64,000 bases of DNA from an uncultured Acidobacteriota bacterium. GTDB taxonomy: Bacteria; Acidobacteriota; Vicinamibacteria; Fen-336. A model generated the notes under the pieces. The model ran no database searches. It was not told where the DNA came from and was given only the letters and a program-made list of their open reading frames with translations. Made by a program: the position numbers and the translations under genes. The stretch is from contig CAVXEA010000003.1 in assembly GCA_963760685.1 (NCBI GenBank), forward strand, positions 875,781 to 939,780, written 5' to 3'. Positions within the stretch are counted from its first letter, which is position 1. Each line of letters begins with the position of its first letter. This document shows, piece by piece, positions 16,504-26,933 of this stretch.

Positions 16504-18123
16504 CTACTCGACGTGCTCTCGCGCTTGCGCACAGCGGAGTATTCGCACACCGCGAAGGCGGTAAACCTCGTTGCACCCCGGCGCGAAGTCGGCCCGGGTC
16601 CATCCGGCCATCGACCTCTCGGCGGGACCGACCCATATCCAGTCGATGCGCCAGTGTCGGATCAGGCGCGCGGCCGCTTCGGGCGCGAGACGTCCCTGGA
16701 AGAACGCTTCGGCTTCGGCGGTGCGGCCCGCGTAATCGGGGGTCAGCGTCCAGTGGCCTGCGAAGACGTGAGCGGAGACGTGGCGGGGCAGGCGATTGCC
16801 GCTCTCCGCCGTGGCCAGTACCAGATCGGCCGGCCGGGCCTTGGCCGCAAGCCACTCCCACGCCTGGCGCTCTCCCTCCGAGAACCGGAAGTACGGCGCG
16901 GCCGCATCGCGGAAGCGCATGGCGAGGACGATGGCGCTGCTCGGCAGGGCGAGGGCGAGGATCGCGACCGGAAGCCAGGGACGGGCGCCCCGCGGGCGCT
17001 CGTCCCCGGCGATCACCGGCACGGCCAGCAGGACGAGGGGCCCCATGCTGGTGACCATCAGTTGGGGACTGTACGCGAGGGCGGTGGTGAAACGATTGGC
17101 GTGCACGAGCAGAAGGATCGTCGCGCCCCAGATCAGGAGCAACCGGTCCTCCGGGGTACGCAAGGGCAGGGCGCGATCGCGAACGACGCGCGCGGTGATC
17201 AGCACCACGGAGACGCCGAGCGCCAGAAGGTGTGCGGAGAACGGCACCACCGGCATCTGGCCCTGCTGGGCCAGTGGACGATAGGAAGGCGCGGTCCAGA
17301 TGACCCACACGGGGAGCCAGGCCGGTGCGAGGATCAGCAGCACCAGCGCGCGCTGCCCGAGCCGCCGAAGGTCGAGGACGGACGGCGAGAGGATATGGAA
17401 GGCGGGCAGGACGAGCGTGAACGCCAGGAGCTCGTAGGGTCGCGAGAGGCAGGCCAGGAGGGCCATGGCACCAGCGAGGGCATAGGCCGACGTTCGGCCC
17501 GTTCGCTCGCCACGGACCACGAAGGCGAGAGCGAACAGGACGAGGCCATGCGGGACGGCGAAGTGCGGGTTCTGGAGCATCTGCACGAACGGGTGGAGAC
17601 CGAAGCCTCCGAGATCCAACGGGAGCGAAGGCACGGGGCTGAAGGGCTCGCTGGGCGCCAGGGTGTGGGCGAGCTCGGCGACCCATCCGAATCCGCCGCC
17701 CAGGCCGAAGAGCGCGAGGGCGATCAGCCGGGCCTCGTATCGGGGCAGCACACCGGAGAGGGTCCAGAACCCGAAGACGAGGAGCGCCAGACCCGCGAGG
17801 CGCCAGGCCGTCAGGACCGCGGGATCGCCCAGCCCGCGCATCGCCCAGCCGACGACGAGCCACTCCAGGTTGAAGAGGATCGGTCGATGGGCTTCGGGTG
17901 CGTAGCGGTTCTCGAACAGGAGCCGCCCTTCGGCCGACTGGCGGGCGAAGGAGAGATAGGCGTGGAGGTCGTCGGAATGAGCGATCAAGCCGTCATAGTG
18001 ATGGCCGGCACGCGCCGACCGACGTCCATTCGCGTAGGGGAGCTCGGTGACGCCCGCGAGGAAGGCTAGCGCGAGAAGGGGCGCCAGGAATCGCCGGCGC
18101 CCGGAGCTACCTTGGCCCACCAT
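16504..18123 (-). CDS. Polytopic membrane protein, putative GT-C/YfhO-like glycosyltransferase
   Basis: 539 aa, multi-TM, C-terminal domain SAHVFAGHWTLTPDYAGRTAEAEAFF. Stop lies 2 nt from the start of the downstream gene. Confidence 0.5.
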   Translation of the reverse strand: MVGQGSSGRRRFLAPLLALAFLAGVTELPYANGRRSARAGHHYDGLIAHSDDLHAYLSFARQSAEGRLLFENRYAPEAHRPILFNLEWLVVGWAMRGLGDPAVLTAWRLAGLALLVFGFWTLSGVLPRYEARLIALALFGLGGGFGWVAELAHTLAPSEPFSPVPSLPLDLGGFGLHPFVQMLQNPHFAVPHGLVLFALAFVVRGERTGRTSAYALAGAMALLACLSRPYELLAFTLVLPAFHILSPSVLDLRRLGQRALVLLILAPAWLPVWVIWTAPSYRPLAQQGQMPVVPFSAHLLALGVSVVLITARVVRDRALPLRTPEDRLLLIWGATILLLVHANRFTTALAYSPQLMVTSMGPLVLLAVPVIAGDERPRGARPWLPVAILALALPSSAIVLAMRFRDAAAPYFRFSEGERQAWEWLAAKARPADLVLATAESGNRLPRHVSAHVFAGHWTLTPDYAGRTAEAEAFFQGRLAPEAAARLIRHWRIDWIWVGPAERSMAGWTRADFAPGCNEVYRLRGVRILRCAQAREHVE

Positions 18124-20434
18124 CGTCCGCCAGCAGGGTCAGGGACAGGGCGCACAGTCGGTGGGGGTCAGAGGCGGCCTCGGCGGGGAACGAGATCTGC
18201 ACCCGGCTGGTGCCTCGTCCCAGGAGCACCGGGAGATCGACGCGCGGGTACTCGCTCACCAGGACCTCGTGCGACTCTCCACCGCTGGTCACCCCGAGGC
18301 TCAGGGCCTGGGCCGCCGCGCCGCGGCCCGGGCTCGCCGTCAGTCGGAGCGTGGCCTTCATCTCGCGCGGACTGTACGCCAGGACGGTGGTGCGGGCGCG
18401 GCCGAGCCAGACGCATCCTCCCGGGCCCGGCTGGTCGTCGCTCGGCTGGAGGACGGCCAGGACCTGGGCGGTCGTTGGCTCTTTGACGAGGCCGATGCCG
18501 CCGCCCAGGCGAACGACCGCCTCCGTGACGAAGCCTCGGAGGCCGGTGACTACGGGGGCGATGGCTTCGCGCTCTGCGACCCGTTCGCCATCGGCAAGGA
18601 AGCTCCACAGACGCTCCGCGTCGTTTGCGGGATTCCGGGGGATCCAAAGGGCTCCGTTCCAATCGCCGGAGAGGTGCTTAGGGTAGGTGAGCAGACCCAC
18701 ATACGTCGGGAGAAAGGGCGTGGTCGCGAGCGGCGTGTCCGCGGCGAGATAGTGCACCGCGGCCGAGCCGAGGAAGCGCCTTCGGATCCCACCCCAGGCC
18801 TCGAGGGGCCGCGTCGAGCCGACGAACGCCTCGAGCTCCGTGCCCAGCCGGCCGCCCAGCGACCAGTACACCGGAGCCAGCGTGATCGGTACGAAGAGCA
18901 TCGCGGGTCCGAGCCACCGACCCCAGGGATGACGTCGCAAGCTCGAGGCGCCCTGCACCAGGGTCAACACGACGGGCGGATAGGACCACTGGGTGAGCTT
19001 GAAGAGGTTCCAGGTGTGTCCCCTCTCCCCGGTCCACGGGTCTCGGGCCATGAGGGCATACCAGGCGAAGGCCATGCCCAGCACGGTCAGGCAGCCCAGA
19101 AGCGGTCCACTGCGAGAGTCCCTGGCCGACACCCGGAGCCCTCGCACGATCAGCCAGAGATAGAGAGGAACGAGCCAGAGATGCCCGGACCGCAGGCGTT
19201 CGACGACCGGCCCCAGGCGGAACGGAGTCCAGAACCAGGCGCCCAGGGTCGCCTGCACGTAGCCCCAGGGGGAGAGATCGACATGGCTGCCCACGCGGAT
19301 GCCTCGAAGGAAATCAAACGCCCCCGGCAGGCTCAGGCCCTGAGCGATGACGAGCACGCTCCCCGTCGCCATGGCCAAGGCCACCCACAACGCCAAGCGC
19401 CTGACGTCGCCCCGAAGGCGAAGCGCGCGGTCGACCAACCACCACGCTCCAGCCCCACCCAGAAGCACCAGGAAGGGCGGATAGGTGCTGGCGAGGCCCG
19501 CCGCCAGGATGCCCAGAAGCCCGGCTTCTCGCGGTTGCCACCGGCGCTTTGCGCGGACCTGCGAAAGCTGGAGCAGCGCCGCGAGCAAGAGCGGCGTGGC
19601 GAAGGTCTGGGCCAGGAAGCCCATGTGGTGGGCCCAGGCCAAAGGCTGGAAGAGCGCGGCGAGCCCGATGCCCACCCAGAGTGGCCACCGAAGCGGCCAG
19701 CGCAGGGCGCGTCGCCCGAAGGCGAGGAGGCTGCCGACGGCCAAGACCAGTCCCCAGGCGCTGACCGCTGGATAGACGAGCACCGGAGACGTGGCGCGGG
19801 CCATCGCCTGAGCGCCCGCCAGAAGGAAGGCCGGAGCCAGCGGATAGCCAGCGCCCTCGTAGATCGCCGCGTAGTGAGCGAGCGGCTGGTCCGGGGGATA
19901 GACCGCAGTGCCCCGGAAAGAGTGGTCCTGGTACCACTGGGCCAGCGAGCAGTAGAGCAGCGAATCGTTCTCGGTCGCGAACGTCGCGTGGCGGAGGACC
20001 GGAAGCAGGGCGACGAGACCGGTCAGGACCGCAGGGACCAGCAAGGTCAGCCATGCGCGAGCGTGACCCACCGGGCGAAAGGCCTCCTGTTTCCCGCGCG
20101 CCAGGACGAGCATGCCCGCCACGGCATGGACCAGCAGGCCGGCCATGACGGAAGAGGGAGCGCTCAATCCCGCGGTCGACCCCGCGGTCAGCAAGACCAT
20201 CCAGAAGACCGTGCCGAGCACCGCGGACACCTGGGCTTCGAATGGTCCGAAGGCCAGGAGCCGCCTCGGTCCGGCCAGGGCGATGTAGAGACGTCCGGCG
20301 AGCGTGCAGACGAGGGCGAGGCCTCCGAGAAGCGCCAGACTCCTCAACTCGCCGGTTCGGCGCGGCGTACCGCGGGCCCGGGTCGGCGCGGCGCCACCCT
20401 CACCTTCGCGCTGGGCGTCGCGTCGCCGAACCAC
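18107..20434 (-). CDS. Large polytopic membrane protein, GT-C-like (paralog B of 14246-16501)
   Basis: Collinear with paralog A (ERGHTWNLFKLTQWSYP; FATENDSLLYCSLAQW versus FATANDSLTYCAFAQW). True start is uncertain and may be a non-ATG codon between 20350 and 20512. Confidence 0.55.
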   Translation of the reverse strand: MVRRRDAQREGEGGAAPTRARGTPRRTGELRSLALLGGLALVCTLAGRLYIALAGPRRLLAFGPFEAQVSAVLGTVFWMVLLTAGSTAGLSAPSSVMAGLLVHAVAGMLVLARGKQEAFRPVGHARAWLTLLVPAVLTGLVALLPVLRHATFATENDSLLYCSLAQWYQDHSFRGTAVYPPDQPLAHYAAIYEGAGYPLAPAFLLAGAQAMARATSPVLVYPAVSAWGLVLAVGSLLAFGRRALRWPLRWPLWVGIGLAALFQPLAWAHHMGFLAQTFATPLLLAALLQLSQVRAKRRWQPREAGLLGILAAGLASTYPPFLVLLGGAGAWWLVDRALRLRGDVRRLALWVALAMATGSVLVIAQGLSLPGAFDFLRGIRVGSHVDLSPWGYVQATLGAWFWTPFRLGPVVERLRSGHLWLVPLYLWLIVRGLRVSARDSRSGPLLGCLTVLGMAFAWYALMARDPWTGERGHTWNLFKLTQWSYPPVVLTLVQGASSLRRHPWGRWLGPAMLFVPITLAPVYWSLGGRLGTELEAFVGSTRPLEAWGGIRRRFLGSAAVHYLAADTPLATTPFLPTYVGLLTYPKHLSGDWNGALWIPRNPANDAERLWSFLADGERVAEREAIAPVVTGLRGFVTEAVVRLGGGIGLVKEPTTAQVLAVLQPSDDQPGPGGCVWLGRARTTVLAYSPREMKATLRLTASPGRGAAAQALSLGVTSGGESHEVLVSEYPRVDLPVLLGRGTSRVQISFPAEAASDPHRLCALSLTLLADDGGPR

Positions 20435-21480
20435 TCCGCTCCTTCCACCAGCATCCGCCACTGGAAGACGTACTCCCCGGGCTCCGCGGGGGCGGCGAGC
20501 GGGACCTTCCACTCCTTCGAGGCGCCCGGCCGGATCTCTTCGGACGGCTCCAGGTCCACCCGCTGTGCCTCACGTGGCTCATCCCCGACGAGGCCCAGCC
20601 TGAACTGCACGTCGGGCTCGCTGCGCCACGTGCTCGCGCCCACGTTTTCCAGGGTCAAGGTCACCACCTTCCGCTCCCGGGGGGCCAGGGAAAGGAGCGC
20701 CGGCATCGGCCGGCCCTCGATGTCCATCCCCACGAAACGGGTGCGGTTGCAGGTGTTGGTCAGGTTGGGCGCGAGCTTCCTGGGGGCCTTCCGGTTGCAG
20801 CGGAACCGCTTCTTGAGCGCCGGCGGATTCTTCTGGAGGTCGTCGTCCTGGTAGTACTCCCACTGGATCCAACCCCACTCCCGGCTGTAGTAGAACTTCT
20901 CGTAGCTGTTGACCCGCTGCCGGTCGGGGATGCCGGTGCGCAGGCTGTAGTCGTAGCGCAGCACGATCACGTCCTGGATGCCCAGATCGCCCCCGGCGTC
21001 GAAACGTGGAATCCGTGCCTCGAGCACGGTCTTGTACCCGAGCCGGAGCATGCGCCCCGGACGGCAGTCTCGCCGGTAGACGAGGTGCGTCTGGTTGGCG
21101 GCCATGTCGATCTCCTCGCCCACCCGCATCCGCCGCTTCATCCAGAGGCCGGGGACGAAGGCCTGGGGTTTGAGGCGGTTGCCGTCGGCCGCGTCGCTCC
21201 AGCTGCGGTCTTCCTTCAAGTAGATGTATTCGTCGTCCCAGGAGTAGTACTCGTAGGTGTTCGGATGCCACTTGACGTAGTAGGCCGCGTTTCCTTCGAC
21301 GGTCAGGCTCAGGGGATGCGAGCCGGCGTTCGGGTTGCCGGGCTCGTCGGTGTCGCCGAGGAGCGCGGTCTCGGGGTGTTGCGACAGGAAGAAGGGGAGC
21401 GTGTCGATCGCCTCTCCTCTCGGAGCCCCGCCGCAGGACACGGCCCCCGCTGACACCAGGACGAGGAAGAGGAGTCTCAA
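20344..21480 (-). CDS. Lipoprotein with C-terminal Ig-like (CARDB/NEW3-like) domain
   Basis: TTG start overlaps the upstream stop (TTGA). Lipobox LVLVSAGAVSC. Tyr/Trp-rich middle region (YYSWDDEYIYLKEDRSW; WGWIQWEYYQDDD) and C-terminal beta-sandwich-like segment. Confidence 0.5.
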   Translation of the reverse strand: MRLLFLVLVSAGAVSCGGAPRGEAIDTLPFFLSQHPETALLGDTDEPGNPNAGSHPLSLTVEGNAAYYVKWHPNTYEYYSWDDEYIYLKEDRSWSDAADGNRLKPQAFVPGLWMKRRMRVGEEIDMAANQTHLVYRRDCRPGRMLRLGYKTVLEARIPRFDAGGDLGIQDVIVLRYDYSLRTGIPDRQRVNSYEKFYYSREWGWIQWEYYQDDDLQKNPPALKKRFRCNRKAPRKLAPNLTNTCNRTRFVGMDIEGRPMPALLSLAPRERKVVTLTLENVGASTWRSEPDVQFRLGLVGDEPREAQRVDLEPSEEIRPGASKEWKVPLAAPAEPGEYVFQWRMLVEGAEWFGDATPSAKVRVAPRRPGPAVRRAEPAS

Positions 21481-23606
21481 GGCTCCGACTCGCCGGCCGG
21501 GTAGACGGCCAGCCGTTCCACGCGCCAGGCGACGAGCCGGCGGCGGGCGGGCGCGTGCTCTTCTCCGGCCTCCACCGTCCAGCCGTAGCTGAATCGAACC
21601 TCGTTGAGCCCAGGCTTCCAGGCCGGAGCACCGATCTCCAGGGTCTGCGTCTGCAGGCCCCCGGCAAGCGTCCACGAGCCGATCGCACGCCCGTTCACCT
21701 TCACGGCCACCGTCTGGGGAAGGCCCGCAGGATGAGGGCTCGGCTCCCCGCGAAAGCTGAGCCGGTAGTCCCGCGGGCCGACCAGCGACACGAGCAGGGT
21801 CGACTCGCTTCCTTCCGACCAGCGGAAGGGAGTTCCGTCGGGCGCGGACTCCGCGTACGACCAGCCGCGGCCGAGGAAGGGTTCGTCCGTCGGGGTGCCC
21901 ACGGCCACGATCACTTTCGTGGTGGGCTCGCGCCCGTAGACCAGGTCGAAGAGGTCCGGCCGGACGCCGTAGGTCCAGGCGAAGATCCACGGGGCCGGCG
22001 CGGCGGGCAGATGACCCAGTTGTCGGTAGACGCGGTGCGCGGCCCGCGACGCCGCCTCCGAGAAGGCGAAGGTAGCGTCGCGCGGGATCTCTCCCCGCCG
22101 CACCTGTCCTGCGAGAAGGAGGTTCCAGGCGGCGAGGCCCCCGAGACCGAGGAGCCCCAGCACGGCCGGGCGCGCCATGAGCTGCGTCGCCACCGCGCAG
22201 AGCCCGAGCACGAAGAGCGCGAACGCCTCGGTGAGGCGCCGGCTGCCGAACGACCAGGCCCCGCTCCAGGAGTAGCAGGCGGCCAGGAGGTAGACCCCGA
22301 AGGCCAGGGCCAGCAACAGCGACGCGGCCAGGCCACGGTCTCGCCGCGCGAGGAGCAACAGCCCCAGGGTTCCCAGGTACGCCACGGGCGTCCACGACAA
22401 GAGCCCGTTTCTCGAGGAGAACAGCACCTCGCCCACGAGCGGGTGGGCCCAGTTCTGGAAGGTGAAGGCGACGAGGTTCGACTCGCCGAGCAGCGAAGCG
22501 TGGCGCGAGGTGAGGTTGGCGTAGAGGAGGGGCAGGAGGGTGACCCCGAGGGTCAGGAGCGCCGCCCCCGCCGTGGTCACCAGCACGCGTCGGCTTTGCA
22601 GCACGCGCGGCCAGGGCGTCCGCCAGAGAAGGCCGGCCGCGGTGACGGCCGGACAGAGCAGGAGGTAGGCATCGTACCTCTGGGTCGAGACCAGCACGCC
22701 GCCGGCCACGGAGAGAAGGAGCCATCGCTTGCGACGACTCGGGTCGTCGCGCACGCGCAGCCACAGCCAGAGAAAGACGGCCACCGCCGCGGACGCCGTG
22801 GCGTGTGACATGCCCGGCTCGAACACGCTGTACCAGAGCAGAGGCGTGGCCAGCCAGGCGGCCGCAGCGCAGGTCGCGCAGAGCAGGGGAGAGAAGAACC
22901 GGCGGGCGATCCGACAGGCCAGGATCACGGCCACGTAGGCCCAGACCAGGCTGCCCAGGCACACGGCGTTGACGTAGGGAGGGCCGTAGCCGTCCGCGGC
23001 CAGGGTGGAGCCGAAAGGCCGCGCGGCGAGGACGAGAGCGTGTGCGAGGAGGAAGAACGGCGCCCAGAGGATCGCCGGTCCCGGCTCGACGGTGGGGTTC
23101 GGGGTGCGCCCGAGCCGGCGGCCCTCTTCGGCCCAGTACTGATAGCGCTCGGGAATGAACTCGGCGAACTCGTTGGTGAGATCGAGGTCGTGGTCGATCA
23201 CCACGGACCGGAGCTGAACGAAGAGCAAGGGGCCATCGACCTCGAGCCGGCCCCCGCGGGAGCTCAGGACGACGAGGAGAGCGAGGAACGTACCCGCCAA
23301 CAGCAGGTCGGGTGGCCGTAGCCGGCCGAGCCAGGAGCCGGGGCGGAATCCCGGGGAGGGCAATCCCCCCGCGCCTTGGTTGCGCCAGACCCGCAGGGCG
23401 AGAAGGGCGAAGGCGGCGAGGACGGCGAAGAGGAGGAGGCCGCCCCGCCCCCCGAAGGCCGAGATGACGAGTGCGATGAGGGGCGCGAGGAGGCGGGTTC
23501 GAGCGCCGAAGGCGACGATGACGAAAGCGGAGAAGGCCAGGAGGGCGAGGAGGAGCTCGATCAGGGCGTCGGCGAGAGCTGGCCGCTGCAGGATGTGCTG
23601 GCCCAC
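21477..23606 (-). CDS. Large polytopic membrane protein, GT-C-like, with C-terminal periplasmic domain
   Basis: About 709 aa from GTG at 23606, with GGAG RBS 9 nt upstream. Multi-TM, then GRGWSYAESAPDGTPFRWSEGSESTLLVSLVGPRDYRLSFRG ... domain. Confidence 0.55.
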   Translation of the reverse strand: MGQHILQRPALADALIELLLALLAFSAFVIVAFGARTRLLAPLIALVISAFGGRGGLLLFAVLAAFALLALRVWRNQGAGGLPSPGFRPGSWLGRLRPPDLLLAGTFLALLVVLSSRGGRLEVDGPLLFVQLRSVVIDHDLDLTNEFAEFIPERYQYWAEEGRRLGRTPNPTVEPGPAILWAPFFLLAHALVLAARPFGSTLAADGYGPPYVNAVCLGSLVWAYVAVILACRIARRFFSPLLCATCAAAAWLATPLLWYSVFEPGMSHATASAAVAVFLWLWLRVRDDPSRRKRWLLLSVAGGVLVSTQRYDAYLLLCPAVTAAGLLWRTPWPRVLQSRRVLVTTAGAALLTLGVTLLPLLYANLTSRHASLLGESNLVAFTFQNWAHPLVGEVLFSSRNGLLSWTPVAYLGTLGLLLLARRDRGLAASLLLALAFGVYLLAACYSWSGAWSFGSRRLTEAFALFVLGLCAVATQLMARPAVLGLLGLGGLAAWNLLLAGQVRRGEIPRDATFAFSEAASRAAHRVYRQLGHLPAAPAPWIFAWTYGVRPDLFDLVYGREPTTKVIVAVGTPTDEPFLGRGWSYAESAPDGTPFRWSEGSESTLLVSLVGPRDYRLSFRGEPSPHPAGLPQTVAVKVNGRAIGSWTLAGGLQTQTLEIGAPAWKPGLNEVRFSYGWTVEAGEEHAPARRRLVAWRVERLAVYPAGESEP

Positions 23607-23655
23607 GTCCTGCTTCTCCAGCGAAATGGCGGTGCTCCCTTCCGAAGACGCTCGG

Positions 23656-23661
23656 ATTATA
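23656..23661 (-). promoter_or_regulatory. Perfect TATAAT (-10) hexamer 50 nt upstream of the GTG of gene 21477-23606, overlapping the stop of the XRE-cupin gene
   Basis: Minus-strand TATAAT seen directly; the -35 element is weak. Confidence 0.25.
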
Positions 23662-24310
23662 CCTTCCGCTTCTGTTCGGTCTGTTCCGCCGCCGCCGTGA
23701 GCGAAAGGCTGGAGCGGCGCGCAGGGGCGCCTTCGGGCCCGCGCGTGAGGAGCACGACCGAATAGCCCACCGCGGTCACGCGGCCCGGGTTCGTGTACGA
23801 ATGGCGCTGGTCCCCACGAAACACCAGGACGTCGCCGGGGCCGACGCGCCACTGCTCGCCGGCCACCGCCAGCGTCACCTCGCCGGACTCGCAGGTGAAG
23901 TACTCGCGGGTTCCGGGCATGTGAGGGACGCCCGGCACGCGTCCCCGGGGTGGGATCTCCATGCGGTCGAGGACCATTCCGGGAATCGGATCGGGAAGGA
24001 GCTGGCGGATCATCCCGTCGCCCTGCCGGCGATCGCGCAAGCTCGCCCTCGGGTAGATTCGGCCGGTGGTTCGCGGGGCTGCGATCAGCTCCTCGATCGA
24101 CACCTGAAGCGCGGTGGCGACCTTGTCGAGCACCACCAGGGTGGGGTTGGCGGAGCCGGTTTCGAGGTGCCCCCAGGTGGCGCGAGGGATGGCCGCCAGC
24201 TTCGCCATCTGTCCCTGGGTCTGCCCGCGCGCTTCGCGGAGGTGGCGCATGTTCTCGGCCAGTCGTGCGGAGAGCTTCTCGGCCATGCCCAGAGGATAGA
24301 GCTGTGCCAA
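23657..24310 (-). CDS. XRE-family transcriptional regulator with C-terminal cupin domain
   Basis: HTH segment LREARGQTQGQMAKLAAIPRATWGHLETG, and cupin segment GDVLVFRGDQRHSYTNPG. Confidence 0.8.
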   Translation of the reverse strand: MAQLYPLGMAEKLSARLAENMRHLREARGQTQGQMAKLAAIPRATWGHLETGSANPTLVVLDKVATALQVSIEELIAAPRTTGRIYPRASLRDRRQGDGMIRQLLPDPIPGMVLDRMEIPPRGRVPGVPHMPGTREYFTCESGEVTLAVAGEQWRVGPGDVLVFRGDQRHSYTNPGRVTAVGYSVVLLTRGPEGAPARRSSLSLTAAAEQTEQKRKV

Positions 24311-24374
24311 TGAATTGGCAATGATGTTGAAGGATTGTCAGGCGGGGCCCATGGTGGAGGGCGGAGGTAGGGGA

Positions 24375-25105
24375 ATGGGCATCGACGGGCGAAGCGTACT
24401 GGTGACGGGAGGGAGCCGAGGGCTCGGGGCGGCGCTGGGCCGGGAGCTGGCGCGCCGCGGGGGGCGCGTCGTGCTCGTGGCCCGCGAGGGAGGTCCCCTG
24501 CGGGAGGTGGTGGCCGAGATCTGGAGCAGCGGGAGGAGAGGCGCATGCCCTGGCCGCGGACGTCGGCGATCCCCTGGCCGTCCATCCGCTGATCGGTGCC
24601 GCCAGCGCCCTCGTGGGGCCCCTCGACGTGGTCGTCCACAATGCCAGCACTCTGGGCGCGTCGCCCCTCCGCGATCTGGCCGACACCGAGGGCCAGGACT
24701 TCGCGCGCGCCCTGGAGGTGAACCTTCTCGGACCCTTCCGCATCACGAAGGCCGTGGTGGGATCGATGCTGTTGCGGCGTCGGGGGCTCGTGGTGAGCGT
24801 CACGTCGGACGCGGGGGTCGTCGCCTACCCGCGCTGGGGGGCCTACGGTGTCTCCAAGGCCGCGCTCGACCACCTGATGCGGACCTGGGCCGAGGAGCTG
24901 CGCGAGAGCGGCGTGCGCTTCCTGAGCGTCGACCCCGGCGAGATGGACACGCGCATGCACAAGGAGGCGGTTCCGGAGGCCGACCCGGCGACGCTCGCCT
25001 CCCCGGACGAGGTCGCGTCGCGAATGGCCGACCTGATCGAGGCAGTCGGAATCGTGGCCGAGCGGGGCCCGGGTCGAGCTCGCGTCGTTGCGGGCCGCGG
25101 CATGA
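24375..25105 (+). CDS. SDR-family short-chain dehydrogenase; frameshifted near 24525 and probably again near 25090
   Basis: N-terminus VLVTGGSRGLGAALGRELARRGGRVVLVAR. After a frame change: EAHALAADVGDPLAVHPLIGAASALVGPLDVVVHNAS ... YGVSKAALDHL. An ATGA stop/start overlap with queA is visible only in a third frame. Confidence 0.7.
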
Positions 25106-26172
25106 CGCCCGCCGCGTGGCCACGCGCGGACCGCCTCGACACGCGCCTCTTGCTCGTGGACCCCGAGGGTCCTCGGTTCGAGGACCGCCGCTTCGCCGAG
25201 CTGCCCGGCGTCCTGCGCGCGGGCGACCTGCTGGTCGTCAACGACGCGGCCACTCTGCCGGCTTCGCTGCCGGGGTCGAGCGAGCGGGGCACGGTCGAGG
25301 TGCGCCTCGCGGCCAGGGGCGCGACGAACCGGGAGTGGACCGCGGCGCTGTTCGGGGCCGGAGACTGGAGGCAGCGGACCGAGGACCGACCGGCCCCGCC
25401 CGCGTTGGCCGCGGGGTCGGCGCTCCGCTTCGGCGAAGGGCTCGGCGCTCGGATCGAGCGTGTCCACGACGTCTCGCCGCGGCTCGTGGATCTCCGGTTC
25501 GATCAGGACGGCGAAGAGCTCTGGAGCGCGCTCTACCGAATCGGCCGGCCGGTCCAGTACTCGTATCTCTGCGGTCCGGTCTTGCTGGGGCAGGTCCAGA
25601 GCGCCTTTCCCGGTCGGCCGGTCGCGGTGGAGATGGCCTCGGCGGGCCGAGCTCTCACCATTGCCTTACTGGGCGATCTCCGGCGCCACGGAGTGGGGGT
25701 CGCTTCCTTGACCCATGCGGCCGGCCTTTCCGCCACCGGCGATCCCACCCTGGACGCGGCGCTACCGCTGCCCGAGCGCTACCTGATTCCCGCCGCCACC
25801 GTCGAAGCGATCCAGGGAGCGCGGGAGGTCGGCGGGCGAGTGGTGGCGACGGGCACCACGGTCGTGCGCGCGCTCGAAGGATGTGCGGCCGCCCACGGGG
25901 GCGAGGTGCGGGAGGGAAGCGGGGTCACCGACCTTCGCATCGCGGGCGGTTTCGCGCCCAGGGTCGTGGACGGCCTGCTCACCGGCATGCACGAGCCCGG
26001 GACCACGCACTTCGAGCTGCTGCACGCGTTCGCTCCCGAGCCCGTGTTGCAGGCGGCGCACCGGCACGCCGAAAGCCGGGGCTACCTCGGCCACGAGTTC
26101 GGGGACGCGTGCCTGATCCTGGGACCGGCGTCCGCTAGCCGCGCCCGACGAACGGCATCCGCGTCGCCATGA
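25102..26172 (+). CDS. queA: S-adenosylmethionine:tRNA ribosyltransferase-isomerase
   Basis: Motifs [79 protein letters not shown]. Confidence 0.85.
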   Translation: MTPAAWPRADRLDTRLLLVDPEGPRFEDRRFAELPGVLRAGDLLVVNDAATLPASLPGSSERGTVEVRLAARGATNREWTAALFGAGDWRQRTEDRPAPPALAAGSALRFGEGLGARIERVHDVSPRLVDLRFDQDGEELWSALYRIGRPVQYSYLCGPVLLGQVQSAFPGRPVAVEMASAGRALTIALLGDLRRHGVGVASLTHAAGLSATGDPTLDAALPLPERYLIPAATVEAIQGAREVGGRVVATGTTVVRALEGCAAAHGGEVREGSGVTDLRIAGGFAPRVVDGLLTGMHEPGTTHFELLHAFAPEPVLQAAHRHAESRGYLGHEFGDACLILGPASASRARRTASASP

Positions 26173-26893
26173 TCGTCATGAACGGCACGTTGGCGTCGAG
26201 CGGCAGGTTCGCCATGTAGACCACGGCACTCGCGACGTGGGCCACGTCCATGAGCGGCTCGGCCCGGGTCGAGCCGTCGGCCTGGAGCACCCCCGTCGCC
26301 ATCTTGGCCGAAAGCTCCGTGAGCGCGTTCCCCACGTCGATCTGGCCGCAGGCGATGTCGTAGGCGCGGCCGTCCAGGGCGATGCACTTGGTGAGGCCCG
26401 TGACCGCGTGCTTGGTCGCGGTGTAGGGAGCCGAGTGGGGCCTTGGGGTGTGGGCGGAGATGGAGCCGTTGTTGATGATGCGGCCGCCCCTCGGCTCCTG
26501 GCCCTTCATCATCCGGACGGCCTCCTGCGCGCAGAGGAACATGCCGTTGAGATTGACGTCCACCACCTTCTTCCACTGCTCGTAGGTGAGGTCCTCGATG
26601 GGCACCGGGGGAGAGCTGCGGCCCGCGTTGTTGAAGAGCACGTCGAGCCGCGCGAACGCTTCCTTCGTGCGGGCAAAGAGCGCCTTCACCGCCGCGGGAT
26701 CGGTGACGTCGGTCGGTACGGCCAGCGCGCGCGAAGCGGGCGCTGCGCTCTCGCGCACGACCTCGGCCAGCCGCTCCGCCCGGCGCCCGGCGAGGACCAC
26801 GCGGTATCCGTCCGCGAGGAGGGCGAGGGCCGCGGCCTTGCCGATGCCGCTGCCGGCCCCGGTAACGACGGCGACCCGGCCGTGAGGGTTCAT
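26135..26893 (-). CDS. SDR-family oxidoreductase
   Basis: 252 aa. N-terminus [38 protein letters not shown]. Catalytic YTATKHAV (YxxxK). Confidence 0.85.
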   Translation of the reverse strand: MNPHGRVAVVTGAGSGIGKAAALALLADGYRVVLAGRRAERLAEVVRESAAPASRALAVPTDVTDPAAVKALFARTKEAFARLDVLFNNAGRSSPPVPIEDLTYEQWKKVVDVNLNGMFLCAQEAVRMMKGQEPRGGRIINNGSISAHTPRPHSAPYTATKHAVTGLTKCIALDGRAYDIACGQIDVGNALTELSAKMATGVLQADGSTRAEPLMDVAHVASAVVYMANLPLDANVPFMTIMATRMPFVGRG

Positions 26894-26933
26894 CCCAAGA
26901 TAGTATCCCCGTGGAATCCAAGCGGAGGCACCG

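Noticed and set aside
18047-20854. 935-aa ORF on the plus strand opposite the GT-C-like paralog
   Set aside because: Glu/Arg/Gly-rich junk composition with no domain signature. Antisense to a gene that has a clear TM profile and a paralog.
24315-26138. 607-aa ORF reading through the SDR into queA in a third frame
   Set aside because: Junk composition after the first about 60 residues. The real genes are the frameshifted SDR followed by queA.
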